From: an uncultured Collinsella sp.
GTDB taxonomy: Bacteria; Actinomycetota; Coriobacteriia; Coriobacteriales; Coriobacteriaceae
Length of the DNA stretch: 64,000 nucleotides
NCBI GenBank assembly: GCA_902405995.1
Contig: CABPCG010000005.1
Span: forward strand, 7,116-71,115
Direction of reading: 5' to 3'
Part shown: positions 29,669-39,764 of the stretch, one piece after another
Position numbering within the stretch: position 1 is the first letter of the stretch
Layout of the letters: each line of letters starts with the position of its first letter
Program-made: the position numbers and the translations under genes
The notes under the pieces: generated by a model
The model's database searches: none
Told to the model about the DNA's origin: nothing
What the model saw: only the letters and a program-made list of their open reading frames with translations

Positions 29669-30394
29669 TTAGCCGAGGCAAGTCCAGTTGACGGGGGTCG
29701 AGCCGTGCTGTTCGAGTAGCCGATTGGCAGCGGAGAAGGGGCGCGACCCTATAAAGGCGGGGAGTTCTGCCGTGGCACGGTTGGCCGAAAGCGGCGAGGG
29801 GTGCGTAGAGGCCAGGCAGAACTTGCCGGTTGCCTTGCCCGCGCCGATCGCGTCGAGCTTGCCCTCAACCATTTGCTGGGCAAAGCGTCCCCATGCCAAA
29901 AAGACGACCGGCTGGGGCAGCTGGCAGCAGCGTTCGATAACGTAGTCGGTGAGTGTGCTCCAGCCCAGCTTGGCGTGCGAATTCGCGGCATGCTCACGCA
30001 CGGTGAGCGTAGTGTTGAGGAGCAAGACGCCCTGCTGTGCCCATGGGGTTAGGTCTCCCGTGGCGGGAATGGGGCAGCCCAGATCGGCGTTGAGTTCCTT
30101 ATAGATGTTGCGCAGGCTCGGCGGTAACTTGGTTTGCGACGCGGGGACCGAGAACGACAGCCCCATGGCCTGGTTGGGCCCGTGATAGGGGTCTTGGCCC
30201 AGGATGACTACCTTGACCAGGTCGGCCGGCGTGTAGGCGAGGGCATTGAGGATGTCGTCTTGTGCCGGGTAGATGGTCTGCTCGGCACGCAGAAGGGCGA
30301 TGCGCTCGAGTAGCTGGTTCGTAGTGTCACGTACCGGCTGCGGCGCATCGCCCAACCAAGTTGCTATGTTGCGGTCGCGAGTTGCAGCGTCCAT
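29669..30394 (-). CDS. ung: Uracil-DNA glycosylase (family 1)
   Basis: Motifs VVILGQDPYHGPNQAMGLSFSV and HPSPLS. Confidence 0.9.
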   Translation of the reverse strand: MDAATRDRNIATWLGDAPQPVRDTTNQLLERIALLRAEQTIYPAQDDILNALAYTPADLVKVVILGQDPYHGPNQAMGLSFSVPASQTKLPPSLRNIYKELNADLGCPIPATGDLTPWAQQGVLLLNTTLTVREHAANSHAKLGWSTLTDYVIERCCQLPQPVVFLAWGRFAQQMVEGKLDAIGAGKATGKFCLASTHPSPLSANRATAELPAFIGSRPFSAANRLLEQHGSTPVNWTCLG

Positions 30395-30480
30395 GGAACT
30401 CCTTTAGGGCAGATGCTTTGTCGGCATCTATTGTAAAGGCGTCAGAGACCTTTATGCCGCGGCTGTATGAGGAGTGGGGT

Positions 30481-31383
30481 CTACGAGACGTGCTCGGGCG
30501 CTGCCGCCATATGAGCATGCCCATGTGCGCGAAGGCGCGGAAGCTCGACAGTTGCCACCATGACGCCGGTGAGGATGAGGGCAGCGCCAAGGAAGGCGAT
30601 AGGGCTCAGGACCTCGCCGACCAGGAAAAACGAGAAGACGGCGGAGCAGACCGGCTCGAGCGAGAAGGCGAAGCCAGTGGTTTCGGCAGGTACGTGGGGC
30701 TGCACGAGCGTCTGGGTGATAAAGCCGTAGGCAGAGCAGATGAGTGCGAGTGCAACGATAACGACGATCTCGCTCGGCGTGCTGGGAAGCGTGAAGCCGC
30801 CAAAGGTAAATGCGGCGATACCCGAGAACAAGCCGCCGAAGCCCAGCTGCCAAACGCCCAGAGCCAGCGGATCGACTTCTTCGACAAAGCGCTTGGCGAT
30901 GATAATGTGGCCGGCATAGATAAAGGCCGAGAGCAGCATGATGATCGCGCCGGGATTCAGGCTGGTAAAGTCGGCGCCCGAGAGCAGCAACATGCCGCAG
31001 GTGACGATGGCGGTGCCGATGAGCACCTTGCGCTCGGGGGCGCGACGCAGCAGGGCCGCGTTGGCAAACGGCACGATCACGACCGTCAGGCTCTGCAAAA
31101 AGCCGGCGGTGGAGGCGGAGGTGAGGCTGGAGCCCAGGCACATGCAGGTGATCTCGGTTGCCATGATGGCGCCGATGATGGCGGCGCGGACCATCAGGTC
31201 ACGGTTGATGCGCACCGCGCGCTTGTGGAAGAGCAGCAGGCAGGCCGCAAAGGCGATGATGCAGCGCAGCGCGACGATGCTCGTGGCATTCATGCTGTCC
31301 ATGCCGATCTTCATGAGGGGGTACGAAAAGCCCCATGCGACGGGAACGGAAAATGAGAGCGCGATTGCTTTTTTGCGATCCAT
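30481..31383 (-). CDS. DMT superfamily (EamA-like) transporter
   Basis: 10 TM, duplicated EamA pattern, 300 aa. Confidence 0.7.
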   Translation of the reverse strand: MDRKKAIALSFSVPVAWGFSYPLMKIGMDSMNATSIVALRCIIAFAACLLLFHKRAVRINRDLMVRAAIIGAIMATEITCMCLGSSLTSASTAGFLQSLTVVIVPFANAALLRRAPERKVLIGTAIVTCGMLLLSGADFTSLNPGAIIMLLSAFIYAGHIIIAKRFVEEVDPLALGVWQLGFGGLFSGIAAFTFGGFTLPSTPSEIVVIVALALICSAYGFITQTLVQPHVPAETTGFAFSLEPVCSAVFSFFLVGEVLSPIAFLGAALILTGVMVATVELPRLRAHGHAHMAAAPEHVS

Positions 31384-31541
31384 GGGACTCCTTTTGTTAC
31401 AGAACGGTTTCGCAAAAAGGATTCTGCTCCCAGATATGGATGTAGTAAAGCGAATGTATCTTCAGTATGATTAAGAAATACTAATGTTGGAAGAAAAAGC
31501 CCTGGCAAAACGTTTTACGGCTACATCGATGTGGAGGCACG

Positions 31542-32408
31542 ATGGCATCGCGGTATCAGATTGTATGTATGGTGGTCGATTGCGGCAGCCTGAAACGTGC
31601 CGCCGACGAGCTGGGCTATACGCAAAGTGCGGTGAGCCAGGCCGTCAAGGCGCTCGAGCGCGAGCTGGGCACCACGATTATCGAGCGTGGCAAGCAGGGC
31701 GTCTCACTGACGCGCGACGGCAAACAGTATCTGCCGTATCTGCGCCAGATCGTTACAGCCGAGGCCGAGCTTGAGGGCAAGCGTCAGGAGTTGCTGGGGC
31801 TTTCGTCGACCGACATTCGCATTGCGACGTTTACCAACGTGAGTCGTACTGTGTTGCCGCGTGTGATCCGCGACTTTGGGGCCCTGCATCCGGGCGTGCG
31901 CTTTACCCTCAAGCAGGGCGATTACACGCGCAATGCCCAGTGGGTGCACGATGGCATGGTCGACTTTTGCTTTACAGCGCGTGGATTTACCGAGGGGCTC
32001 GAGAAACGCGTGGTCTATCACGACGAGCTGGTGGCGCTGTTGCCAGCCGTCCATCCACTGGCGGCAAAGGAAAAGGTGACGCTTGCCGACCTGGCGTCCG
32101 AACCGTTTGTGCTGCTGGATGAGGGCGAACAGAGTCTGGTGCTCGATGCGTTTGCCGCGCACGGGCTATCGCCGCATGTGACGAGTGAGGTCACCGATGA
32201 CTACACCATTATGGCGATGGTGGAGGAGGGCCTCGGTGTGAGCATGCTCTACCGCCGTACCGTCGAGGGCATGCGGGCCGATATTTGTGTGCGCCCCATC
32301 GTGCATGCTCCCTCGCGCGACGTCGTGGCGGCTTGGCGCAGCTGGGACACCATGCCTATCGCCACGAGGCGCTTTATCGACTATATGAGCTCGCATATTG
32401 TCAATTAA
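31542..32408 (+). CDS. LysR family transcriptional regulator (divergent from EamA transporter)
   Basis: LysR HTH IVCMVVDCGSLKRAADELGYTQSAVSQAVKALE and substrate-binding domain length. Confidence 0.85.
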   Translation: MASRYQIVCMVVDCGSLKRAADELGYTQSAVSQAVKALERELGTTIIERGKQGVSLTRDGKQYLPYLRQIVTAEAELEGKRQELLGLSSTDIRIATFTNVSRTVLPRVIRDFGALHPGVRFTLKQGDYTRNAQWVHDGMVDFCFTARGFTEGLEKRVVYHDELVALLPAVHPLAAKEKVTLADLASEPFVLLDEGEQSLVLDAFAAHGLSPHVTSEVTDDYTIMAMVEEGLGVSMLYRRTVEGMRADICVRPIVHAPSRDVVAAWRSWDTMPIATRRFIDYMSSHIVN

Positions 32409-32435
32409 TGACTGGCGTGGCGTTGAGTGTGGAGA

Positions 32436-33818
32436 TTAGCGGGCTGTCGCTTTGGCTTGCGCCAGACGGTAGGTGCGTGCCGGATGGCAGAGCAATACCG
32501 CCACGACCATAAAGAACGCTGTGGTGCCCAGGCTGATGGGGTAGACCATCATGATGTTCGCAAAGGTGCGGAAGTGCGGGAACACGCAGAATACCCAGTA
32601 GAAGCGGATGCCGCAGACACAGATCATGGTGATGAGGGCGGGCATGAGCGAGATGCCAAAGCCGCGCAGGTAGCCGGACATATTCTCGTAGAACATGCTA
32701 AAGGCGTATGCCGGGAAGATCGAGCACACACGGATATAGCCGATCGAGACGATGTTGGGATCGCTGTTAAAGAGCGCCAGGATCTCGCGCCCCAGACCGA
32801 CGATGATGACGATGGTGGTGAGTGCGACGATACCGCCTTCGACCAGGCAGACCTTGAGCGTTTTGGTGCAGCGGTCGATCTGGCGGGCACCGTGGTTTTG
32901 TCCCACAAAGGTGGTGCAAGCCTGGCTAAAGCTGTTGAGCAGGTTGTAGCACACATACTCCAGGCTCATGGCAGCGCTGGATGCCGCCATGACCTCGGTG
33001 CCCAAGCTGTTGATGGCGGACTGGATGATGATGTTAGCGACGGCAAAGACGGCGCTTTGGATGCCGGCGGGCAGGCCGATCTTAACGATGCGCTTGAGGG
33101 CGACGGGGTCGATAGCCAGATCGCGCAGGGTGACGCGGACGACGGAATCGGTCTTGAGCAGACGGACAAAGAGCGTGACGGCGCTGACCGTGTAGGCGAT
33201 GGCGGTGGCGATGGCGACACCCGCGACGCCCCAGTGGAGCACGGGGACAAAGATGAGGTCCAGGCCAATGTTGAGGATGGTGGACACGGCAAGCGCCTGC
33301 AGCGGCATGCGGGTGATGCCGACGGAGCGGAAGATCGCGGCCTCAAAGTTGTAGAGCAAGATCGAGGGCATGCTGAGCAAAAAGACGCGCAGATAGAGCG
33401 AAGCGAGCGGCATGGTTTCGGCAGGAACGTTGAGCGCGGCGAGCATGGGCTCGGCAAAGATCTCGCCCAGCGCGATGACGATAAAGCCCACGAGCGCCAT
33501 CAGAATCGAGGTATGGACGGCGCGCTTGACCATGTTCTGATCGTTGCGGCCGATAGCGTTGGCGATGACCACATTTGAGCCAAGCGACATGCCGATAAAC
33601 AGGTTGAGCATAAGACTGGTAAGCGGAACATTGGAGCCGACCGCCGCCATGGCGAGGGTTCCCTGGTCGCCTGAGAAGTTACCGATGATGACCGTGGCGA
33701 TGAGGTTCGATAGCTGCTCCAAGATGCTCGTGGCGGCCACGGGGAAGGCGAACAGGGGAATATTGCGCCACAGTGAGCCGGTGGTCATGTCAATGTGCTT
33801 AGATGCGGTGTCTGCCAT
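32436..33818 (-). CDS. MATE family efflux transporter
   Basis: 12 TM, MATE N-terminal pattern LWRNIPLFAFPVAATSILEQLSN, 460 aa. Confidence 0.8.
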   Translation of the reverse strand: MADTASKHIDMTTGSLWRNIPLFAFPVAATSILEQLSNLIATVIIGNFSGDQGTLAMAAVGSNVPLTSLMLNLFIGMSLGSNVVIANAIGRNDQNMVKRAVHTSILMALVGFIVIALGEIFAEPMLAALNVPAETMPLASLYLRVFLLSMPSILLYNFEAAIFRSVGITRMPLQALAVSTILNIGLDLIFVPVLHWGVAGVAIATAIAYTVSAVTLFVRLLKTDSVVRVTLRDLAIDPVALKRIVKIGLPAGIQSAVFAVANIIIQSAINSLGTEVMAASSAAMSLEYVCYNLLNSFSQACTTFVGQNHGARQIDRCTKTLKVCLVEGGIVALTTIVIIVGLGREILALFNSDPNIVSIGYIRVCSIFPAYAFSMFYENMSGYLRGFGISLMPALITMICVCGIRFYWVFCVFPHFRTFANIMMVYPISLGTTAFFMVVAVLLCHPARTYRLAQAKATAR

Positions 33819-33880
33819 ACGCTCTCAATCTCTAATATGCTCTTTCGTGCTTATTTGCGCAGATGATGATACTCCTAATC

Positions 33881-33913
33881 GACTAGTCATTTAAGAACGT
33901 CCCCAATGACTAG
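33881..33913. repeat. Hairpin repeat family 2 copy (gactagtcatttaagaacgtccccaatgactag)
   Basis: 32/33 identical to copy at 14539-14571. Confidence 0.8.
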
Positions 33914-33969
33914 GTGGGGAAGGCGTGCGACAATGGTGGGCGTTGTGTTGTTCGCGCTAAGGAGTTGCC

Positions 33970-34782
33970 ATGTTGTTGTGTCCCGTTTGCCATGAGCCGT
34001 TGGTGGGCGACGAGCGCGGTGCTGCATGTGCGGGCGGACACCGGTTTGACCGTGCGCGCGAGGGCTATCTGTATCTACTGCGCTCGTCCAAGAGCGGCGA
34101 CTCCATGGGTGATCCCAAGTCGCAGGCGCGCAGCCGTCGCGACTTTCTGAACCGCGGTTACTATGCGCCGTTGCGCGATGCGATGGTCGAGCTGGTGCGC
34201 GAGCGGGCGACTGGGCGTGCTGCGTCTGCGAACGACCCCATGACCTTGCTCGACATTTGCTGTGGCGAGGGCTACTACACCAGCGCCATGGGTGCGGTGC
34301 CGGGCGTGGATGCTTACGGCTTTGACCTGGGCAAAGAGATGGTGCGCCTGGCCGCCAAGCGCGGCGATGCGACCTTCTTCGTGGCCAACATGAAGGACAT
34401 TCCCGTGGCCGATGACGCCTTCGATATGGTGACCGAGCTCTTTGCTCCCTTTAACGAGCGCGAATTTTCCCGCGTGCTGGCGCCAGATGGCTCGCTCTAT
34501 ACCGTGGTGCCGGGTGCCCGTCATCTGTTTGGCCTCAAGGAGGTGCTCTACGACACGCCATATCTCAATGACGAGAAGCTGCCGAAGACCACCGAACTCG
34601 AGTTGGTCTCAACGCAGCGGGTGTCTGCGAACATTACACTCCAGACCCAGGCCGACATCGAGGCGGTGTTCCAGATGACGCCGTACTACTACCGCACGCG
34701 CCCCGCCGACAAAGAGCGCCTGGCAAACCTCGATACCCTTCAGACCGACATCGACTTCATCATCGCCGAATACCGCCACTAA
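33970..34782 (+). CDS. rlmA: 23S rRNA (guanine745-N1)-methyltransferase
   Basis: N-terminal Zn-finger CPVCHEPL...C..GH followed by class I SAM-MTase motif LDICCGEGYYT; RlmA architecture. Confidence 0.75.
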   Translation: MLLCPVCHEPLVGDERGAACAGGHRFDRAREGYLYLLRSSKSGDSMGDPKSQARSRRDFLNRGYYAPLRDAMVELVRERATGRAASANDPMTLLDICCGEGYYTSAMGAVPGVDAYGFDLGKEMVRLAAKRGDATFFVANMKDIPVADDAFDMVTELFAPFNEREFSRVLAPDGSLYTVVPGARHLFGLKEVLYDTPYLNDEKLPKTTELELVSTQRVSANITLQTQADIEAVFQMTPYYYRTRPADKERLANLDTLQTDIDFIIAEYRH

Positions 34783-34834
34783 CCTACCAAAAAGGGACAG
34801 GTTTATTTTTGGCAGGTTTTATCTGGGCAAACGT

Positions 34835-34872
34835 AAAGGGCCGACCGCGTTGCTGCGCGATCGGCCCTTTTT
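34835..34872. terminator. Bidirectional intrinsic terminator (aaagggccgaccgcgttgctgcgcgatcggcccttttt)
   Basis: GC hairpin with flanking A/T runs between convergent genes. Confidence 0.65.
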
Positions 34873-34910
34873 AGTTGCTTGGCTGTAGGGAATTGTGGGG
34901 GGGCAGGTGA

Positions 34911-35312
34911 CTACAGGCGGTCCTTGTTCTCGGCCTTAACGGCGTGCGCCTGCTGAACAAAGAACAGGTCGTAGACCACGATGACAAAGGCGCCATAGTT
35001 GATGGCGTCGCCGCCAAACGCGGGAAGCGTGAGCACGGCTTGCGCAATCGTGGCGAGTGCGGCAACGATGCCGAGCTTAAGCGCGCCATCCACCTGCGAG
35101 GGCTTGTTGGCGCCCTTGATGCCCGCAACACCTGCGGCGAGATCGATGAGGCCCTTGGCGACAAGCACGACCGTGGCGAGCATGGCGTTCGGCCCGTAGG
35201 TGGACTCGAACTTGCCGGTCGCGATGCCGGCGATTCCAATGACGAGACTGGCGATGCCCAGAACAAAATAAATCAGGGCAAGGATTTTGAGTGTCTTGCG
35301 AGCGGCGCTCAT
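34911..35312 (-). CDS. Small membrane protein (4 TM, 133 aa), unknown function
   Basis: ATG at 35312 (MSAARKTLK); hydrophobic helices; upstream ORF extension lacks coding character. Confidence 0.5.
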   Translation of the reverse strand: MSAARKTLKILALIYFVLGIASLVIGIAGIATGKFESTYGPNAMLATVVLVAKGLIDLAAGVAGIKGANKPSQVDGALKLGIVAALATIAQAVLTLPAFGGDAINYGAFVIVVYDLFFVQQAHAVKAENKDRL

Positions 35313-35741
35313 AACTGGTCCTTTCGATGCGGGCGCGGTGAATCTGTCGCGCCCAGGTTGCGGCATATATGGTGAAGCACATTGTAGTTCAACGCGGCGA
35401 TGCATGCGCCTGAAAGCGACTCTTGCCTGTGCGGTCCAACCTTTCAAAAAGGAAAGCTGGACGTAAGTCAAATCGATGGCAGCGTATGCGCGGCGCTGCG
35501 ATGATGAGGCCATGGTAAGAGCTGGACCGAAGGAGGAGCCGTGATGTACGGAGCCAAGCAAGTGCGTGAGCCGCGTTCGTTAGGAAGGCGTATGGGCGAT
35601 TCCGTGATCGCTGCCGTGTGCACGGGATTGATGGCGGTGCTTTGCATTGGGATGCTGTGGACCATGTCGCGTGTGGGACAATAGCGGACGGTTGGGTGCC
35701 AACTGAGGTGGCGCTCACGTATTCGTTTTGCTTGCTAAGGA

Positions 35742-36452
35742 GTGTCCATGGGCGTCGTCGATCCCTTTTCTGTTGCTCGGGCCGCGGGGCTTGAGCTCGC
35801 GCGGACGTCCGAGGGCCTCACGCTCACCGACGGTACGATGGAGTTGCGCGCCGATTTTGGCCGCATGCTGCCACGACTCAAGCAGGGCCGTCTGCAGCAA
35901 GAGCTGCTGGTAAAGGCCGCGCGCACAAAAGGCATCGAGAACCCATGGGCGATTGATGCCACGGCGGGCTTTGGTGAGGATTCGCTGCTGCTGGCGGCCG
36001 CGGGCTTTACCGTCGATCTGTATGAACAGGATTGCGTGATCGCAGCGCTCCTCAAGGATGCCTTGGATCGCGCGGCAGATGATCCGGCGCTTGCGGCTGC
36101 TGTGGCGCGCATGCGCTTACATGCGGGCGAGGACAGCATTACCGGCCTTCGCCATACAGCTGAGCTGATCGGGCAGGGCGAGCTCACCGCTCCCGACGTG
36201 GTGTATCTGGACCCCATGTTTCCCGGGCGCACCAAGAGCGCGGCGGTGAAAAAGAAGTTCCAACTCTTGCACCATCTGGAACAGCCGTGCGCCGATGAGG
36301 AGTCGCTGGTCGAAGCTGCGCTTGCGGTGCGCCCGCGCAAGGTCGTTATCAAGCGGCCGGTGAAGGGGCCGCTGCTTGCCGGCGTTAAGCCGAGCTATCA
36401 ACTTGCGGGCAAGGCCGTTCGCTACGATGTTTTGGTGCCGCCGCGCCCGTAG
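35742..36452 (+). CDS. rsmJ: 16S rRNA (guanine1516-N2)-methyltransferase RsmJ-like class I SAM methyltransferase
   Basis: DATAGFGEDSLLLAAAGFTV and VVYLDPMFP motifs characteristic of RsmJ/YhiQ. Confidence 0.7.
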   Translation: MSMGVVDPFSVARAAGLELARTSEGLTLTDGTMELRADFGRMLPRLKQGRLQQELLVKAARTKGIENPWAIDATAGFGEDSLLLAAAGFTVDLYEQDCVIAALLKDALDRAADDPALAAAVARMRLHAGEDSITGLRHTAELIGQGELTAPDVVYLDPMFPGRTKSAAVKKKFQLLHHLEQPCADEESLVEAALAVRPRKVVIKRPVKGPLLAGVKPSYQLAGKAVRYDVLVPPRP

Positions 36453-36500
36453 CTTGCGTGCGATGGTTAGCGCTCCGTCAACACCGTGCCGATGCGGGGT

Positions 36501-36797
36501 CTATTTCCAAGGGTGCGACGTCAGATGCCACCCGCCACAGTATTCGCATTTGTAGCAGGCTAAACCACGCCGCCCGCGGTTTTCGCAGTCGGCCATAACG
36601 GCCTCGGCCTCGGCGCGTGTGTCGTACCGGTTTTTGCGCTCGCACGACTTATAGCGCCAAGCCTCATCGCGCTCGGCGTCCAGGGCGTCGCGGCGCTCGT
36701 CCTCGCGCGCAAACAGGTCGCTCATATCGCCGCCGGTGGCAGCGCCCAAAAACTCGCTTTTGGCCTTTGACCAGGCGGCTCGCGTCTTGCTCCCCAT
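36501..36797 (-). CDS. Hypothetical Cys-rich small protein (C-terminal CxxC...CxxCGGWH zinc-ribbon-like)
   Basis: ATG 36797 with GGAGAGGG RBS; KSCERK..ADCENRG..ACYKCEYCGGWH cysteine pattern; no recognised family. Confidence 0.4.
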   Translation of the reverse strand: MGSKTRAAWSKAKSEFLGAATGGDMSDLFAREDERRDALDAERDEAWRYKSCERKNRYDTRAEAEAVMADCENRGRRGLACYKCEYCGGWHLTSHPWK

Positions 36798-36870
36798 CTG
36801 CTTCGCACCCTCTCCAAACGTTGGTATCATTGCTCAATCAAAGTGATACCAATAAACGTGAGGTCGCCGC

Positions 36871-37362
36871 GTGATGATCAGAAAAACCCTCGATACCGAC
36901 ATTCCCGCCGTCATGGCTATCTATGACGCGGCCCGCGCCTTTATGCGCGCGCATGGCAACGCCACGCAGTGGCCCGAGGGCACGCCTTCGGTCGAGCAGG
37001 TGGCTGCCGATATCGCCGCCGGTGGCAGCTATGTGTGCGAAGTCGACGGTCGCGTGGTGGCGACGTTTGCCTTTTTACCGGGTCCGGACGAGTGCTATGA
37101 CGTCATCGAGGATGGCGCCTGGCGCAGCGACGCTCCATACCATGTGCTGCATCGCGTGGCATCCGACGATACCGTGCACGGTATCGCGGTTGCGATGTTT
37201 GCCTTTGCCAAGGAACGCGCCGACCATCTGCGTATCGACACGCACAAGGACAACTTGCCCATGCAGGGTGCCATCGCCAAGGCCGGGTTTAAGCGCGCCG
37301 GTATCGTATATGTGTCGGACGGTACGCCGCGTGTCGCGTTTGATTGGCTGCGCGAGGCGTAG
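36871..37362 (+). CDS. GNAT family N-acetyltransferase
   Basis: Acetyl-CoA binding-like segment and GNAT fold length 163 aa. Confidence 0.65.
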   Translation: MMIRKTLDTDIPAVMAIYDAARAFMRAHGNATQWPEGTPSVEQVAADIAAGGSYVCEVDGRVVATFAFLPGPDECYDVIEDGAWRSDAPYHVLHRVASDDTVHGIAVAMFAFAKERADHLRIDTHKDNLPMQGAIAKAGFKRAGIVYVSDGTPRVAFDWLREA

Positions 37363-37393
37363 GAGCCAAGGCACGTATCATCACCCAGCTCAA

Positions 37394-37426
37394 ATAAAAA
37401 ATGGCCTCGAGTGGGGCCATTTTTGG
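37394..37426 (+). terminator. Intrinsic terminator (aaaaaatggcctcgagtggggccattttt)
   Basis: Hairpin with flanking A/T runs after GNAT gene. Confidence 0.6.
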
Positions 37427-37667
37427 TAAAACGCGTCGTTGTGGGGCTCGCGTTGTTACCGCCCAGATGAGTCCGGGCGGACAAAAAGGGGAGGTGCCGG
37501 CTTTCGCAAGGCGCGAACCTACGAAAATCGCCGCGCGGCAACGCAGGGCGATGAGCTCGGTCGGGGGATAGGGCCCGCTTCGCCCGCCGGCCCGTAAATT
37601 GTATCATCCAGTGTGGAACGAGGATGCCCGTTGCCGCGTGCGATGGGCTTGTAATAAGAGGAGAGCC

Positions 37668-39671
37668 ATGTCGAAGCAAGCGGTCGTTGGAATCTTGGCG
37701 CATGTCGATGCCGGCAAGACCACGCTGGCCGAGGCTATGCTGTTCAACGCGGGCCGCATTCGCAAACGCGGCCGTGTGGACGATGGCGATTCGCACCTGG
37801 ACACGAACGCGATCGAGCGCGAGCGCGGCATTACGATCTTCTCGTCGCAGGCCGTGCTCGACCACGGCGATGCCCACGTCATGCTCGTGGATGCACCCGG
37901 CCACGTCGATTTTTCGGCTGAGGCGGAGCGCACGCTGCGCGCGCTCGACTATGCGATTTTGGTTGTGGGTGCCAACGATGGCGTGCAGGGGCACACCGAA
38001 ACCCTGTGGCGCCTGCTTGCACGCTATGACATCCCGACGTTCATCTTTATCAACAAAATCGATTTGGAGAATCCCGGTCGCGATGTTTTGCTGGCACAGC
38101 TGGGGCAGCGTCTTTCCGAGGGCTGCCTGGATGTCAACGAACTGCTGGCGGGCGGCGCCGTTCAGGAGGACGCTGCTGCGTTGGACGAAGCGGCGCTCGA
38201 GGAGTTTCTTGAAGCGGGTGAGCTTTCTGTCGCAACGCTGTCGCGCATGGTTGCCGAGCGCAAGCTCTTTCCCTGCTTTGCCGGCTCGGCGCTCAAGGAC
38301 CAAGGCGTTGACGAGCTGCTGGATGGTATATGCGCGCTGATTCGTGAGCAGGCGTGGCTCCCGGAGTTTGCCGCGCGCGTCTATCGTGTCAGCCGCGGGG
38401 ATCGTGGCGAGCGCTTGGCTTGGGTTAAAGTGACCGGCGGCACGCTGCGCGCAAAACAGATGATCAGCGGGCATTCCAGTGCCGAGGCGTGGGAACAGAA
38501 GGTCGATCAGGTACGCATCTATAACGGCGAGAAGTATGAGCTTACCCAAGAAGTTGCTGCTGGCGGTATTTGCGCCGTGACGGGTCTTGCGCACGTTCGC
38601 CCAGGGGACGCCCTGGGCACGGAGCCCGCGGGCGATGCGCCCGTCATCGCTCCGGTCCTCACCTATACGGTGCTGCCGGGCGAACACGACGTTCATGCGG
38701 TGTTTAAAGCGCTGAGTGAGTTGGCGGACGAAGATCCCATGCTCGGCGTAAGCTGGAATACGCATCTTGAGCAGATCCATTTGCAGTTGATGGGCGCTGT
38801 GCAACTCGAGGTCGTGCAGCGCGTGCTGGCCGATCGTTTTGGCCTTTCGGTCGAGTTTGAGTCTGGCGGCATTCTCTATAAGGAGACGATCTCGCAGCCG
38901 GTCGAGGGCGTGGGCCACTTTGAGCCGCTGCGCCACTATGCCGAGGTGCATCTGCGCCTGGAGCCGTTGCCAGCAGGTTCGGGCGTGCAGTTTGGCACCG
39001 TGACCTCGACCGACGAGCTCGATCTTAACTGGCAGCGTCTGGCACTCACCAACGCCATGGAGCGCGACCACCTGGGCGTGCTGACCGGCTCGCCCATCAC
39101 CGATGTGCGCATTACGCTCACGGGCGGCCGCGCGCATGCCAAACACACCGAGGGCGGCGATTTTCGCCAGGCCACGTACCGCGCGATTCGCCAGGGTTTG
39201 ATGCAGGCGCGCGAGGCGGGTGCGGCGGTGCTGCTGGAGCCGTGGTACCACTTTGAGCTCGAGGTGCCGGGGGAGTGCGTGGGCCGGGCGCTCTCGGATG
39301 CCACGCGCATGGGTGCCGAGTACGAGCCGCCGACGATGGCGGGCGACCGGGCGAAGCTTGTGGGTCGCGTGCCGGCATCCGAGGTGCAGGATTATGCGCT
39401 GGAGGTGGCTGCCTACACGAGCGGTCGCGGGCATCTGTACCTGGAGTTCGCCGGTTATGCGGCCTGTCATGATGCCGAGCGCGTCATCGAGGCGGCCGCC
39501 TATGAGCCCGAGGCCGATCTGCCCAACACACCCGACTCGGTTTTTTGCTCTCACGGCGCCGGCTACACGGTCAAATGGTACGACGTACCCGCCGCGGCGC
39601 ACGTAAAGGTCGATCCCGCCACCTTCCGTCCCTGGCGAGCGGCAGACGCCGAGTTTTTCGGCCACATGTGA
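37668..39671 (+). CDS. Translation-factor GTPase of the Tet(M)/Tet(O) ribosomal protection protein / EF-G paralog family
   Basis: N-terminus GILAHVDAGKTTLAE, ERERGITI, DAPGHVDF, FIFINKID match RPP G-domain; FPCFAGSALKDQGVDELLDGI as in Tet(M); 667 aa; stop codon embedded in palindromic element. Confidence 0.7.
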   Translation: MSKQAVVGILAHVDAGKTTLAEAMLFNAGRIRKRGRVDDGDSHLDTNAIERERGITIFSSQAVLDHGDAHVMLVDAPGHVDFSAEAERTLRALDYAILVVGANDGVQGHTETLWRLLARYDIPTFIFINKIDLENPGRDVLLAQLGQRLSEGCLDVNELLAGGAVQEDAAALDEAALEEFLEAGELSVATLSRMVAERKLFPCFAGSALKDQGVDELLDGICALIREQAWLPEFAARVYRVSRGDRGERLAWVKVTGGTLRAKQMISGHSSAEAWEQKVDQVRIYNGEKYELTQEVAAGGICAVTGLAHVRPGDALGTEPAGDAPVIAPVLTYTVLPGEHDVHAVFKALSELADEDPMLGVSWNTHLEQIHLQLMGAVQLEVVQRVLADRFGLSVEFESGGILYKETISQPVEGVGHFEPLRHYAEVHLRLEPLPAGSGVQFGTVTSTDELDLNWQRLALTNAMERDHLGVLTGSPITDVRITLTGGRAHAKHTEGGDFRQATYRAIRQGLMQAREAGAAVLLEPWYHFELEVPGECVGRALSDATRMGAEYEPPTMAGDRAKLVGRVPASEVQDYALEVAAYTSGRGHLYLEFAGYAACHDAERVIEAAAYEPEADLPNTPDSVFCSHGAGYTVKWYDVPAAAHVKVDPATFRPWRAADAEFFGHM

Positions 39672-39697
39672 CAAAGTGGCAGTCCCTTTGTCACATG
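39665..39697. repeat. Palindromic extragenic element family 1 copy (catgtgacaaagtggcagtccctttgtcacatg)
   Basis: Overlaps stop codon TGA of GTPase gene. Confidence 0.85.
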
Positions 39698-39764
39698 CTA
39701 TTGGTATAACTTGGTATAAGTTGGTATAACTATTATCAGGGTTTGCCAATCCGAGGAGGCCGAC

